DNA of 64,000 nucleotides from Alphaproteobacteria bacterium (GTDB lineage: Bacteria > Pseudomonadota > Alphaproteobacteria > UBA8317), in NCBI GenBank assembly GCA_038131935.1, contig JAYPQH010000005.1:1-64000 (forward strand), given 5' to 3'. This document shows positions 32,174-42,655 of this stretch, piece by piece. Under the pieces are notes generated by a model that saw only the letters and a list, made by a program, of their open reading frames with translations, made no database searches and was not told the origin of the DNA. The position numbers and the translations under genes were made by a program. Each line of letters begins with the position of its first letter. The first letter of the stretch is position 1.

Positions 32174-33184
32174 TCATACTTCACTACACGCAACCCAATG
32201 CCCAGGTCTCAATTCCCGCAGTTCCGGGAAAGAGCGCTGACATCCTTGAACCGCTTGTGGACAGCGGGGGTGGAACACACATCCCGCAGGTGGGTTCATA
32301 GGACTTGGAATTTCTCCCTTGATCACCTGATGTGCACGGTCTTTCTCAACCGTAGGGTCGGGAACCGGAACCGCACTCAACAGGGCTTTGGTGTAAGGAT
32401 GGATGGGATTGTCAAACAGTTCATCACAATCCGCCAACTCAACAATATGACCAAGATACATCACCGCAACACGGTTACAAATATGCCGAACAACGGACAA
32501 ATCGTGAGCAATAAATAGATAGGTCAAACCAAACTTTTCGCGTAAATCTTCCAAAAGGTTGATCACTTGGGCCTGAATGGACACATCTAGTGCAGACACC
32601 GCCTCATCGCACACAATAAACTCTGGGTTCATGGCGAGCGCCCGAGCAATACCAACACGTTGTCTTTGGCCACCACTCATCTCGTGGGGGTAACGATCTG
32701 CCATAAGCGGTAGCAGACCACAAACTTGCAAAAGTTCGATAACCCGCGCCTTACGCTTGGCAGCATCAGGCTCAATGCCATGAACCCTCATGGGCTCTTC
32801 AATGATGTCCCCAATTTTCATGCGTGGGTTCAAAGAGCTGAATGGGTCTTGGAAAATAACTTGGATGCGTTGCCGCAATTTTTTCATCTCATGCTTGCGC
32901 AGTGAACCCAAGTCCTGGCCATCAAAAATGATTTGACCAGACGTGGGATTCTCCAATTGTAAAATGCAACGTCCCGTTGTGGTTTTCCCGCAGCCAGATT
33001 CTCCAACCAAACCCAAGGTTTCACCGCGCATGATCTCAAAAGATACATCATCAATGGCTTTGACATCAGCGATTTTCTTTTGAACCAATGCACCATCAGT
33101 TACAGGAAAGTATTTTTTTAAATTTTTGATCTGCACCAAAGCGTTGGCTGTCATAGACTCAGAATTTTCAAGCGTCACGTTCAC
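32174..33184 (-). CDS. Peptide-type ABC transporter ATP-binding protein (DppF/OppF-like)
   Basis: [24 protein letters not shown]...CVFHPRC. Confidence 0.96.
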   Translation of the reverse strand: MNVTLENSESMTANALVQIKNLKKYFPVTDGALVQKKIADVKAIDDVSFEIMRGETLGLVGESGCGKTTTGRCILQLENPTSGQIIFDGQDLGSLRKHEMKKLRQRIQVIFQDPFSSLNPRMKIGDIIEEPMRVHGIEPDAAKRKARVIELLQVCGLLPLMADRYPHEMSGGQRQRVGIARALAMNPEFIVCDEAVSALDVSIQAQVINLLEDLREKFGLTYLFIAHDLSVVRHICNRVAVMYLGHIVELADCDELFDNPIHPYTKALLSAVPVPDPTVEKDRAHQVIKGEIPSPMNPPAGCVFHPRCPQAVQGCQRSFPELRELRPGHWVACSEV

Positions 33185-34179
33185 GTTTCCCTTTTATAAT
33201 TTTTTACAGTCTCCGCATTCCAGCATGCCGCCATGTGACCAGGGTTATCCTGTTTCAGTGTAGGCGCTTCCTCAGCACATTGGGCTGTGGCAAAACGACA
33301 GCGTGGGCGGAATGAGCATCCTTGGGGAAGTTTTGTCAGATCAGGTGGCTGTCCTTCGACGGGATCCAAACGTGCCTGCCTTGGCAAATCAAGCCTTGGA
33401 ACTGAATTCAACAAAGCAACGGTGTAAGGGTGATTTGGCCTATGGTAAATGTCTTCTGCCGTTCCTGTCTCAATAATCCTGCCCGCATACATCACATTCA
33501 CGCGGTCAGCATAGCGTGCCACGACCCCGAGGTTGTGGGTGATCACAATCACCGCGACGCCCATTTTTTTGGTGAGTTCCTTCATCAATTCAAGGATCTG
33601 GGCTTGGATGGTGACATCGAGTGCTGTCGTTGGCTCATCCGCGATGATCAATTTGGGATCACAAGACAAAGCCAAAGCAATCATCACACGCTGACGCATG
33701 CCCCCGGATAGATGGTGCGGGTATTGATCTAGGCGACGGCTTGGCTCGGAAATGCCGACCATCCCTAACAATTCGACCGCCCGTGCACGTGCCTCTTCGT
33801 AACTGACGCCCAAATGCTCAATCATGGTTTCCGTAAGTTGCATGCCAATGGTGAGCACGGGGTTTAATGACGTCATTGGTTCTTGGAAAATCATTCCAAT
33901 ATCCCGTCCGCGAACCTTGCGCATTTCATCAGGTTCGAGCGCCAAGAGGTCTTTGCCCATAAAACGGACATGTCCCCCCACAACGCGACCTGGTGGGTTC
34001 GCCACGAGTCGAATAATGGACAAAGCCCCCACGGACTTTCCACAGCCAGACTCACCAACCACAGCGACGGTTTCTCCCTCTGACACATCATATGAGATAC
34101 CATCAACTGCCTTCACCACACCTGCGGTGGTGAAAAAATGTGTTTGTAGGTTTTCCACTTCTAAGAGCTTCGTCACCAT
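33181..34179 (-). CDS. Peptide-type ABC transporter ATP-binding protein (DppD/OppD-like)
   Basis: [25 protein letters not shown]. Confidence 0.96.
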   Translation of the reverse strand: MVTKLLEVENLQTHFFTTAGVVKAVDGISYDVSEGETVAVVGESGCGKSVGALSIIRLVANPPGRVVGGHVRFMGKDLLALEPDEMRKVRGRDIGMIFQEPMTSLNPVLTIGMQLTETMIEHLGVSYEEARARAVELLGMVGISEPSRRLDQYPHHLSGGMRQRVMIALALSCDPKLIIADEPTTALDVTIQAQILELMKELTKKMGVAVIVITHNLGVVARYADRVNVMYAGRIIETGTAEDIYHRPNHPYTVALLNSVPRLDLPRQARLDPVEGQPPDLTKLPQGCSFRPRCRFATAQCAEEAPTLKQDNPGHMAACWNAETVKNYKRET

Positions 34180-34678
34180 GCACTCCCTGTTTTACCATAT
34201 CCAACCCGTGGGTCATGAGTTCAAGCATTTGTTAAGCTATGCCGAGCTCACATGCGGGCTTGATTAGGTTTTTGCCTCCCCGCCTTCCCATCCACAGACC
34301 CTAAGTAAGATCTGTTTGAGGAGGGCGATATTGTAAGTTGCTTCATACTCTTGTCGGTATGTAGGGCAACTTGTCCCTCAAGCTAGGGATGCTTCTGTTA
34401 CCTGTCAATTCGTTATCACTTGGAAAGTCATATTTTTTCGCACAAAAAATTTTTTAAGTTTTTAAAACTATGTTTTTTTAACCTGCAGAAAAACAGCTCT
34501 ATTTTCATTTGGCTTTGTGCTGCATGCTTTGCCTACTGGTTTTGTAAAACTGCCTCTGATGGTTCCATCAATAAGGTATCTTGAGAAAATTTCTTGCTTT
34601 GATGCTGTAGGATAGATGAAGATCCATCCAAATCATACAAGCATGCATATTCACAGATGGTTAAAGGGAGAACAAAAT

Positions 34679-35458
34679 ATGGATATACGACTTGATGGGC
34701 GTTGCGCACTTATCACAGGGGGTAGTGCTGGTCTTGGCTTGGCCATGGGCCGTTTGTTCGCATCATCAGGGGCCCGCGTGGGGCTTGTTGGTCGACAGGT
34801 CGCTGCATTGGAAAAGGCCAAAAATGAGATCGAACATTCAGGGGGGCAGGTTGCTGTTTGTTCCAGCGATATTACAACTTTAGAAGGCTGTACGCACGCT
34901 TATGATACCATCACAGAAGCCTTAGGCGCTCCTGATATTTTGATCAATAATGCCGGTTCATCTATGCGGGGGCCTTTTTTGAGTGTCTCAGATCAAGATT
35001 GGCAAGATGATTTGGATCTTAAGCTATTTGGAGCTGTTCGTTTGAGTAGATTGGTGCTCCCGCACATGCGTGCACAAAAATGGGGTCGTATCATAAATGT
35101 CTTGAATGTGGCTGCAAAAATGCCGGAAGCGGATGGTGCACCCACAGCCGTGAGCCGTGCGGCTGGCATGGCTTTGATGAAAATCCTGGCCCACGAAAAT
35201 GCACCATATAATGTGCTGGTCAATGCAATGTTGGTGGGAAAAATTCGTTCAAGCCAATGGGAACGGCGCCATGCGAAAGCCGATGATGGTTCCACTTTGG
35301 AGCAATGGTATGCCCAACAAGGAGCCAAATTGCCCATGGGACGTCTTGGCAATGCAGAAGAATTTGCGTCTCTTGCGTGCTTTTTGGCCTCCGATGCGGG
35401 GTCCTACATCAGTGGTACAGCGATCAATGTAGATGGGGCATTAAGTCGCGCAGTATAA
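34679..35458 (+). CDS. SDR family oxidoreductase
   Basis: TGGSAGLG and NNAG; atypical active-site segment TAVSR in place of YxxxK. GGGAG RBS precedes ATG 34679. Confidence 0.92.
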   Translation: MDIRLDGRCALITGGSAGLGLAMGRLFASSGARVGLVGRQVAALEKAKNEIEHSGGQVAVCSSDITTLEGCTHAYDTITEALGAPDILINNAGSSMRGPFLSVSDQDWQDDLDLKLFGAVRLSRLVLPHMRAQKWGRIINVLNVAAKMPEADGAPTAVSRAAGMALMKILAHENAPYNVLVNAMLVGKIRSSQWERRHAKADDGSTLEQWYAQQGAKLPMGRLGNAEEFASLACFLASDAGSYISGTAINVDGALSRAV

Positions 35459-35471
35459 TCTGATTTCATGC

Positions 35472-35507
35472 AAAAGAGCCTTGGGTTTTCTGACCAAGGC
35501 TCTTTTT
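35472..35507. terminator. Bidirectional intrinsic terminator
   Basis: aaaagagccttgg...ccaaggctcttttt. Confidence 0.88.
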
Positions 35508-35535
35508 AACTGCCTTCATACGATGGATTGTTGTT

Positions 35536-35709
35536 TTAGGTTGCAAGACTTAACAAGAACGCGACCACCACAAAACCTGTTAAAGGAACGGCCAGCATCA
35601 CCAGTGCGAGCATTGCCAAAAATTGGAAAAGGGTCATGCCACCTTTTTCCTGAACATGTTCCCTCTCATCCTCATGACTATTTGCATTATCCTGGGGTGA
35701 TGGTGTCAT
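35536..35709 (-). CDS. Small hypothetical membrane protein
   Basis: ATG 4 nt after the upstream stop; acidic N-terminus and a long hydrophobic C-terminus. Confidence 0.45.
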   Translation of the reverse strand: MTPSPQDNANSHEDEREHVQEKGGMTLFQFLAMLALVMLAVPLTGFVVVAFLLSLAT

Positions 35710-35713
35710 GATC

Positions 35714-36568
35714 TTATTCTGCCCATTTTGCATCAAAGTCCCAGACATCTTCAAACCCAACAAGTTTACAAAACTCTTGGAAGTCATAGAGGTCTTGGTT
35801 TTTAACATCACCTGTTTGAGCCAATTCTTGATATCCTTTGCGCAAAGCAAATCCCGCGCTTAAAAAGCCTAAGGCGGGGTGAATAGCCATGGAATAACCA
35901 ATTTCTTGCAGTTCAGTTTGAGAAACCACAGGCGTTCTGCCGCCGCTAACCAGGTTGGCCAACAAAGGTTTTTCAATCCGTTGGGCAATGACATGAAGCT
36001 CTTCGATAGATTCGGGGCTTTCCAAAAAGATGATGTCAGCCCCAGCCGCTGCATAGGCTTCAGAGCGTCGGAGGGCTTCATCCAGGCCCAAACTTGTACG
36101 GCTGTCTGTTCTGGCAATGATCATCATGTTCTCATCGGTTCTTGCTTCACAGGCAACCTGAATTTTACGGACCATATCTTCTGTGGGTACCACACGACGA
36201 CCTTGGGTATGGCCACATTTTTTAGGAAACTCTTGGTCTTCGATTTGAATACCACTCACCCCGGCTCTTTCATAACCACGCACGGTATGTCTGACATTTA
36301 ACAAACCCCCATAACCGGTGTCCGCATCTGCCACCACAGGCGTTTGGCAACGTTCTGTGATTTGTGACACCCGCGATAAAATGTCTGAATAACCCATAAG
36401 ACCAGCATCAGGGAGTCCCAAATGGGAAGCGGAAATTCCATATCCTGTCACGTAAAGTGCTTTAAATCCCATTTGATCTGCCATCATGGCAGATATCATA
36501 TCGTAGATACCAGGTGCCATAATGAATGTGCCCTCGTTGAGCTGCTTGCGTAATGTGGCATTGGCCAT
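35714..36568 (-). CDS. Isocitrate lyase/PEP mutase family C-C lyase (2-methylisocitrate or 2,3-dimethylmalate lyase-like)
   Basis: DADTGYG, QIEDQEFPKKCGH, IIARTD. Confidence 0.92.
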   Translation of the reverse strand: MANATLRKQLNEGTFIMAPGIYDMISAMMADQMGFKALYVTGYGISASHLGLPDAGLMGYSDILSRVSQITERCQTPVVADADTGYGGLLNVRHTVRGYERAGVSGIQIEDQEFPKKCGHTQGRRVVPTEDMVRKIQVACEARTDENMMIIARTDSRTSLGLDEALRRSEAYAAAGADIIFLESPESIEELHVIAQRIEKPLLANLVSGGRTPVVSQTELQEIGYSMAIHPALGFLSAGFALRKGYQELAQTGDVKNQDLYDFQEFCKLVGFEDVWDFDAKWAE

Positions 36569-36688
36569 AAACTGTCTCCCTGTTAGCATATGAAGGTGAG
36601 GTGAAGGATCACCGGTGGGGTGAGGTTAGCTTTTGCGTCGTTCTCGAACAACCTTTTTTGAAGAAGGGCAAACAGAAGGAGGCCATCC

Positions 36689-38098
36689 ATGGGAGGGCAG
36701 ACACTCTATGACAAAATTTGGGCTCAACATGTTGTACGTGAGGAGCAAGATGGGACAAGCATTCTTTATGTCGACCGTCATTTGGTTCAAGAAGTATCTT
36801 CACCCCAAGCCTTTAGTGGTTTGCAAGACGCGCAGTTGAAGGTGCGTCGTCCTGATCTTACCTTGGCGGTGGCCGATCACAATGTCCCCACAACGAATCG
36901 GTCTGGCCCCATTGAAGATGCTGAGTCCGCCTTGCAATTGGAGCGACTTGAGGAAAATGTTAAAAAATTTTCAGTCCCCTATATTCCCTTTCAAGATGAG
37001 CGACAGGGTATTGTGCATATCATAGGGCCAGAGCAAGGTTTTACCTTGCCAGGTACCGTTTTGGTCTGTGGGGATTCGCATACCTCCACCCATGGTGCCC
37101 TTGGTGCATTGGCATTTGGTATCGGTACCAGTGAAGTGGAACATGTGCTGGCCACACAGACCCTACGCCAGAAAAAATCAAAGAACATGCGTATAAAATG
37201 TGACGGGCAGCTGCCTTATGGGGTAGGGGCTAAGGACCTTATTTTGGCCATCATTGCCCATATAGGTACCGCAGGTGCGACGGGTCATGTGGTAGAATAT
37301 CAAGGATCTGCTGTTTCACGTTTGAGCATGGAGCAGCGTATGACTTTGTGCAATATGACCATTGAAGCTGGCGCCCGAGCTGGTCTTGTGGCTCCAGACG
37401 CGCAAACATTTGCCTATATTAAAGGACGTCCAATGGCACCAGATGGGGATTTATGGGATCAAGCCATGAAGGCTTGGGTGAATTTGTATTCAGATGATGA
37501 TGCAGCATTTGATGGTGAGGTTGAGATGGAGGTATCTCAACTTGCGCCCATGGTAACATGGGGGACATCTCCAGAGCAGGCATTGCCCATTTCTGGAAAG
37601 GTGCCGCATCCATCTCAAAGCCCAGACGAGGCTGGTCGTGCTTTTATCCAACGCGCAATTGATTATATGGATCTGGAGCCAGGCCAACGGCTTGTAGATA
37701 TTCCCATCGATACAGTGTTTCTGGGCTCATGCACCAATGGTCGTCTGGAAGATTTGCGTGAAGCAGCCGCCATCATGAAGGGCCAACGTTTGGCCAAAGG
37801 CGTTCAAATGCTTGTGGTTCCTGGCTCAGGGCTTGTAAAAAAAGCAGCGGAGGCAGAAGGTTTACATGAAATTTTCTTACAAGCAGGTTGCTCTTGGCGT
37901 GAACCGGGTTGTTCCATGTGCGTGGCCATGAATGCCGATAGATTGATGCCAGGGTCGCGTGCTGCCTCGACATCAAACCGCAATTTCGAAGGGCGGCAAG
38001 GACGCGGGGGTCGAACGCATTTGATGTCACCTGCGATGGCTGCTGCCGCAGGTGTAACGGGGCATTTGTGTGACCATCGCGAGGTCAAATCATCATGA
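36689..38098 (+). CDS. leuC: 3-isopropylmalate dehydratase large subunit (or a LeuC-like hydratase)
   Basis: [52 protein letters not shown]. Confidence 0.92.
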   Translation: MGGQTLYDKIWAQHVVREEQDGTSILYVDRHLVQEVSSPQAFSGLQDAQLKVRRPDLTLAVADHNVPTTNRSGPIEDAESALQLERLEENVKKFSVPYIPFQDERQGIVHIIGPEQGFTLPGTVLVCGDSHTSTHGALGALAFGIGTSEVEHVLATQTLRQKKSKNMRIKCDGQLPYGVGAKDLILAIIAHIGTAGATGHVVEYQGSAVSRLSMEQRMTLCNMTIEAGARAGLVAPDAQTFAYIKGRPMAPDGDLWDQAMKAWVNLYSDDDAAFDGEVEMEVSQLAPMVTWGTSPEQALPISGKVPHPSQSPDEAGRAFIQRAIDYMDLEPGQRLVDIPIDTVFLGSCTNGRLEDLREAAAIMKGQRLAKGVQMLVVPGSGLVKKAAEAEGLHEIFLQAGCSWREPGCSMCVAMNADRLMPGSRAASTSNRNFEGRQGRGGRTHLMSPAMAAAAGVTGHLCDHREVKSS

Positions 38099-38115
38099 AT
38101 GAACGTGGATTAGGG

Positions 38116-38970
38116 TTAACCCTTCTCCAATGCATCCCAACTATCTTTGCGCACAACGGCTTGTCTCTGCTCAAAGCCTGCAAGCTGTTCAGATGCGGCG
38201 GCAAGCGAGCCTGTATCTCGAAGGCTGGTTAGGCTTTCTGTGACCGCTTTTATGGCTGTTTGAAGAGCGGCGTTCGCATACAAAACCATGGCATAATTCA
38301 TATCTGCCATGGCTTTTTGGCCAGGTTCTGGGGTGAGCCCTCCAAAGACCATATTTGCAATTTGTGGTGCCTGCAGCCGTTGGGGGATGAGGGCAAGTTC
38401 TTCTAGCGAAGTTGGGGCTTCAACAAAGGTTGCATCAGCCCCGGCCTCGATATAGGCCTCCGCACGATCAAGAGCTTCGTTCATGCTGGTGATGGCACGT
38501 GCATCGGTGCGTGCGATGATTTTCATGTTTGCATCAACCCGTGCATCCAATGCGGCTTTGAGTTTGTCGACCATGTCCGATGCTGGTATGACAGCCTTAC
38601 CAGCAAAATGGCCACATTTTTTGGGAAAAACTTGGTCTTCTAGTTGAAGTGCTGACGCGCCAGCTCGTTCTAAAAGTCGAACAGTGCGGTAACAATTCAG
38701 ACGATTTCCAAAGCCTGTGTCGGCATCCACAATTAAGGGAATGGATACGGCATCCGCAATGCAAGCCACAATGTTGGCAACCTCCGTCACCGTGGTGAGC
38801 CCAATGTCTGGAGCGCCCAAATGCATGTTGGCAATACCTGCACCTGTTACATAAACCGCTTCATAACCCAAATCTTCAATAATACGCGCAAATAAAGCGT
38901 TGGGTGCACCTGGGACAATGGTACCTGCACGTGCGGCCCAAATATCAGCTATGGAACGTTTGGTGGTCAT
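38116..38970 (-). CDS. Isocitrate lyase/PEP mutase family C-C lyase
   Basis: DADTGFG, QLEDQVFPKKCGH, IIARTD. Confidence 0.92.
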   Translation of the reverse strand: MTTKRSIADIWAARAGTIVPGAPNALFARIIEDLGYEAVYVTGAGIANMHLGAPDIGLTTVTEVANIVACIADAVSIPLIVDADTGFGNRLNCYRTVRLLERAGASALQLEDQVFPKKCGHFAGKAVIPASDMVDKLKAALDARVDANMKIIARTDARAITSMNEALDRAEAYIEAGADATFVEAPTSLEELALIPQRLQAPQIANMVFGGLTPEPGQKAMADMNYAMVLYANAALQTAIKAVTESLTSLRDTGSLAAASEQLAGFEQRQAVVRKDSWDALEKG

Positions 38971-39080
38971 GAACTGCTTTCCCTTTTTCGTGAACGTCTC
39001 ATTTTCAATAACATGTAAGTTACGGTTGGGTTCTTAAAAATTGCTGATGCTCATTTTTTTAACTGTCTATATACATGATC

Positions 39081-39785
39081 TTAGCATAAAATTTCTGCCA
39101 GTTCTGTCATGTCCGTGACATGCAGATCTGGTTCATGCTGGGTCTGGCCAAACGGTCGGTTGCGGCGGTTGATAAAGGCGCTCCGCATGCCCGCAGCTTT
39201 CGCCCCTACACAATCAAACGCATGGTTTGCCACATGCATACAAGCCAAAGGGGAATGGCCGACAATTTGGGCAGCCTTCTCATAGGTGGCGCGATGCGGT
39301 TTGAAATAGCCTGCCTCTTGCACAGATATCGTGTGATCAAAGCGATGGCCCAAATAGGGCTTGGCAGCTTCCAACATATCACGGTCACCATTGGACAAAA
39401 TGACAAGGCTGTATTTTTGACCCAAGCGCTGCAACGCCGCGGGAACTTCTGGAAATGGGGTAAGTCTCTCGATTGCAGAAACCAGCATTTGCACCTCCTC
39501 AGAGGTATGGGCAATGCCTGCGCGTGTCAGTGTGAAGCTAACCGCACGATGACCAATTTCACGGTAAGGTGTATGGCCACGATCACATAATGCATCAATC
39601 ATTGAGTTTTCAAAATGTGTGCGACGCCACCAGGTGACAAATCTCCCCGGGTCACCTTGCCAACCTTTAGACGCAAGAAATGGGGTCACAAACTCTGTCA
39701 ATCCTGCTTGCATGTCTACCACAGTTCCATATTGGTCAAATGTCAGGACTTTTACTTCGCGCCTGAGTAGATCAATATCAGCCAT
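39081..39785 (-). CDS. Haloacid dehalogenase type II (HAD superfamily)
   Basis: FDQYGTVVD, LSNG, FKPH, HAFDCVGA. The start at MADIDLL follows a GGGG RBS. Confidence 0.9.
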   Translation of the reverse strand: MADIDLLRREVKVLTFDQYGTVVDMQAGLTEFVTPFLASKGWQGDPGRFVTWWRRTHFENSMIDALCDRGHTPYREIGHRAVSFTLTRAGIAHTSEEVQMLVSAIERLTPFPEVPAALQRLGQKYSLVILSNGDRDMLEAAKPYLGHRFDHTISVQEAGYFKPHRATYEKAAQIVGHSPLACMHVANHAFDCVGAKAAGMRSAFINRRNRPFGQTQHEPDLHVTDMTELAEILC

Positions 39786-39964
39786 TTTACCCCCACTTTC
39801 ATTTTGCAAAAACGAGCATGAAAAGTTTTTGGTGAACAGACAAGGGGGAAAGGTCAAAAGGTGCCCATCATTTCTTTCATATTTTTTTGGTTGCCATATC
39901 GCAAAAACAAGGCGCATGATGTCGCCCTGTTCTTTTTCTTGCTCCACAATCGGGGTCGATTACC

Positions 39965-40855
39965 TTGCTACCAGAAATACCAGCTTTCCTTCTTGCCCTT
40001 ATTGCGGCGATTTTCTTTGCCTTTGGCAACCATTTTCAATCTTTCGGCGTGCAGCATATGCCTGCCCGAAGTGGTGCCACCATTGGGATCACCAGTTCGA
40101 CATGTATTTTGTGGTTGGCAGCCCCTTGGTTTCTTGAGCCAGCTCAGTTCTGGACTTCAGTTGTCCTGCTTTTTGCGTTGAGTGGTTTGTTGCGGCCTTC
40201 GATTTCGGCAAACCTATCGATCATTGGGATACGCTTTTTGGGTCCCACATTGGCCTCAAGCTTTGCCGCCACCACCCCTATCTTTGGGGCCTGTATAGGC
40301 ATTTTGTTTCTCGATGAAACCCTCACCTGGCCCATAGCATTGGGGACCATGGGCATCATGTTGGCCGTGATGATTTTGTCTAAACGGAAAAAAGAGCCCG
40401 CAGGATCTACGGTGAAAACTTGGCCCTTATGGGCGATATTGTTTCCCTTGGGCGCTGCTTGTTTGCGTTCTGTGGCCCATGTGATGATCAAAGTAGGAAT
40501 GCTGGAAGTTCCAGATCCTTACTTTGCAGCCTTGGTGGCTTTTACGACATCATCAATTGTGATGCTATCCCTACAATGGCGCCAAGGTATGGAGGCGCTG
40601 ACATTGTCTAACCCAGGATTTAAATATTTTGTGGGGGCAGGGCTGGTGTTCTCAGCTGCGGTGTTGTTGTTAAATATAGCCCTTTTGAAAGGGGATATTG
40701 TCGTGGTCATTCCTATGATCTCCGCTATCCCTATTTTTTCGATGCTGTTGAGTATTGTTGTCTTCCGTGTTGAAAAAATCACCTTGCGTACGGTGTTGGT
40801 TCTTGCGCTCATCGTGCCGTCGGTTGCCGCGGTGGGTGTGTTTGGGAAACTCTAG
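39965..40855 (+). CDS. EamA/DMT family transporter
   Basis: About 10 hydrophobic segments in two repeats; ILFLDETL and VFRVEKIT. Confidence 0.88.
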   Translation: MLPEIPAFLLALIAAIFFAFGNHFQSFGVQHMPARSGATIGITSSTCILWLAAPWFLEPAQFWTSVVLLFALSGLLRPSISANLSIIGIRFLGPTLASSFAATTPIFGACIGILFLDETLTWPIALGTMGIMLAVMILSKRKKEPAGSTVKTWPLWAILFPLGAACLRSVAHVMIKVGMLEVPDPYFAALVAFTTSSIVMLSLQWRQGMEALTLSNPGFKYFVGAGLVFSAAVLLLNIALLKGDIVVVIPMISAIPIFSMLLSIVVFRVEKITLRTVLVLALIVPSVAAVGVFGKL

Positions 40856-40971
40856 CACCCTCAGGTATGGTTGATGATACCAGTCGATTGGTTCCCAATT
40901 TGGTGACCCTTGTTGGCGGTTCAAAACCATAGCATGATCAGACACAATGCGAAGATGCTAAGGAGAAAAAT

Positions 40972-41716
40972 ATGCAGTTACAGGGAAAAACCGCTTTTGT
41001 TTCAGGGTCAGGGTTTAATATTGGGCGCGCCATTCTTTTGGGGTTTGCCCAAGCAGGTGCCAATGTCATTGTGAATGGTCTCACAGATCGAAGCTGCTGC
41101 TGAAGCTGTGGCTGCAGAAGCCCGGGAGATGGGTGTGAAATCAATGGTGGTCATGGGCAATGTTGGACGTTCAGGGGATGTTCAAACCATGGCGGCAGAG
41201 GCATTGGCTGAGTTTGGTGGTGTGGATATTTTGGTCAACAATGCTGCTATTAGACCCTACAAACCCTTTTTAGAAATGGATGATGACTTTTGGCATGATG
41301 TGATCTCCGTGGATATGCATGCAGCCTTTTACACCGGTAAGGCATTTTTGCCTGGTATGGTTGAGAGAGGTTGGGGGCGCATCATCAATATCACCGGTAT
41401 GAATGCCATTCATGGTTACTCTGGGCCGTTGTCAGTCTCTGCTGCCAAACATGGTTTATGGGGTATGACAAAATCGATGGCCAAGGAGTTCGGTCCCAAA
41501 GGTATTACCGTCAATGCTATTTCTCCTGGGCCTATTGAGGGAGATTATAAAGATGAGGCCATGGGGGCACATATTCGGGAGCAAGAAAAGTTAATCCCAC
41601 TTGGGCATTTGGGTAAGCCCATGCATATTGCTGGACTTTGCCGGTTTCTGGTCTCAGAGGAAGGTGGTTTTATGTCTGGCCAGATGATCGCGTGCAACGG
41701 TGGAACGCAGACATAA
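40972..41716 (+). CDS. SDR family oxidoreductase; frameshift at about 41095
   Basis: The N-terminus MQLQGKTAFVSGSGFNIGRAI (AGGAG RBS) joins the 41075-41716 frame, which contains VDILVNNA and ITVNAISPG. Confidence 0.88.
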
Positions 41717-41739
41717 TCACAAAAATATACATGTTTAAA

Positions 41740-41766
41740 GCCTATGCCATGGTTGTTGGCATAGGC
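41740..41766. terminator. Hairpin between convergent SDR genes
   Basis: gcctatgcca / tggcataggc perfect 10-bp stem; weak U tract. Confidence 0.6.
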
Positions 41767-41775
41767 AATCGCCTG

Positions 41776-42543
41776 TCAACTTATGGTCACGCCACTATCT
41801 ACGGATAAGATTTGTCCCGTGGTGATCCGACTTTCATCGCTTGCAAGATAGACCGCCATATGGGCAACATCCAAAGGTTCTCCTAACCCCAAGAGATGCA
41901 TCTGGGCGATGTCACGCATGTCAGAACGTTTCTCCAAGAGGTTTTTAACCCTGTCCGTCAGCGTAATGGAAGGTGCGATTGCGTTCACACGAACTTGATA
42001 TGGGGCATATTCTGCTGCCATGGATCTTGTGATCGCCGCCACACCACCTTTTGCCGCGGTGTAACAATCACGCCCAGGAAATGCCATCAAGGCTACATTT
42101 GACGCCATGTTGATGATGCTACCTCCACCTTGTTCCATCATGATGGGAAGGGCATATTTTGCGCATAAAAACGTACCAAAAAGGTCTACATTCATCACCC
42201 GCCAAAATTCTTCGATGGGGGCATCCGTGACTGGACCATCTTGTAAAGAGGACCCCCCTGCATTGTTGTGTAAAATGTCGAGGTGGCCAAATTCCGCACA
42301 TGCAGCTTTAATCGCTTTTTGCACGCTCTGTGCATCAGACACATCGGTTTTGATGAACATCATTCGTTGAGGATTTTGTGTGGCCTCTCCAATCTCGGCA
42401 CAGATTTTGGGGCCTTGGATGTCATCAATGTCAGCCATGACAACAGATGCGCCTTCTTCCACAAAACGCTTGGTTGTGGCAGCTCCAATGCCACCTGCAG
42501 CGCCCGTGATGAATGCTACTTTTCCCTCAAGTCGTCCCACCAT
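41776..42543 (-). CDS. SDR family oxidoreductase
   Basis: TGAAGGIG, NNAG, YTAAK. Confidence 0.95.
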   Translation of the reverse strand: MVGRLEGKVAFITGAAGGIGAATTKRFVEEGASVVMADIDDIQGPKICAEIGEATQNPQRMMFIKTDVSDAQSVQKAIKAACAEFGHLDILHNNAGGSSLQDGPVTDAPIEEFWRVMNVDLFGTFLCAKYALPIMMEQGGGSIINMASNVALMAFPGRDCYTAAKGGVAAITRSMAAEYAPYQVRVNAIAPSITLTDRVKNLLEKRSDMRDIAQMHLLGLGEPLDVAHMAVYLASDESRITTGQILSVDSGVTIS

Positions 42544-42655
42544 GCTTTTGCCTCCCCATAATATTGCCCCGGTGCTTATGAAACTATCTTGCGCTTAAGC
42601 GAGAGGGATTGGCAACCAAAGTTCAAAGGGCTTCCTCGGAAAATGTAAGTCAGGA

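Noticed and set aside
22073-38970. Phosphonate biosynthesis cluster (PEP mutase plus phosphonopyruvate decarboxylase)
   Set aside because: Both ICL/PEPM proteins have the lyase KKCGH loop rather than the PEP mutase EDKxxxxxNS motif, and they lie more than 12 kb from the decarboxylase.
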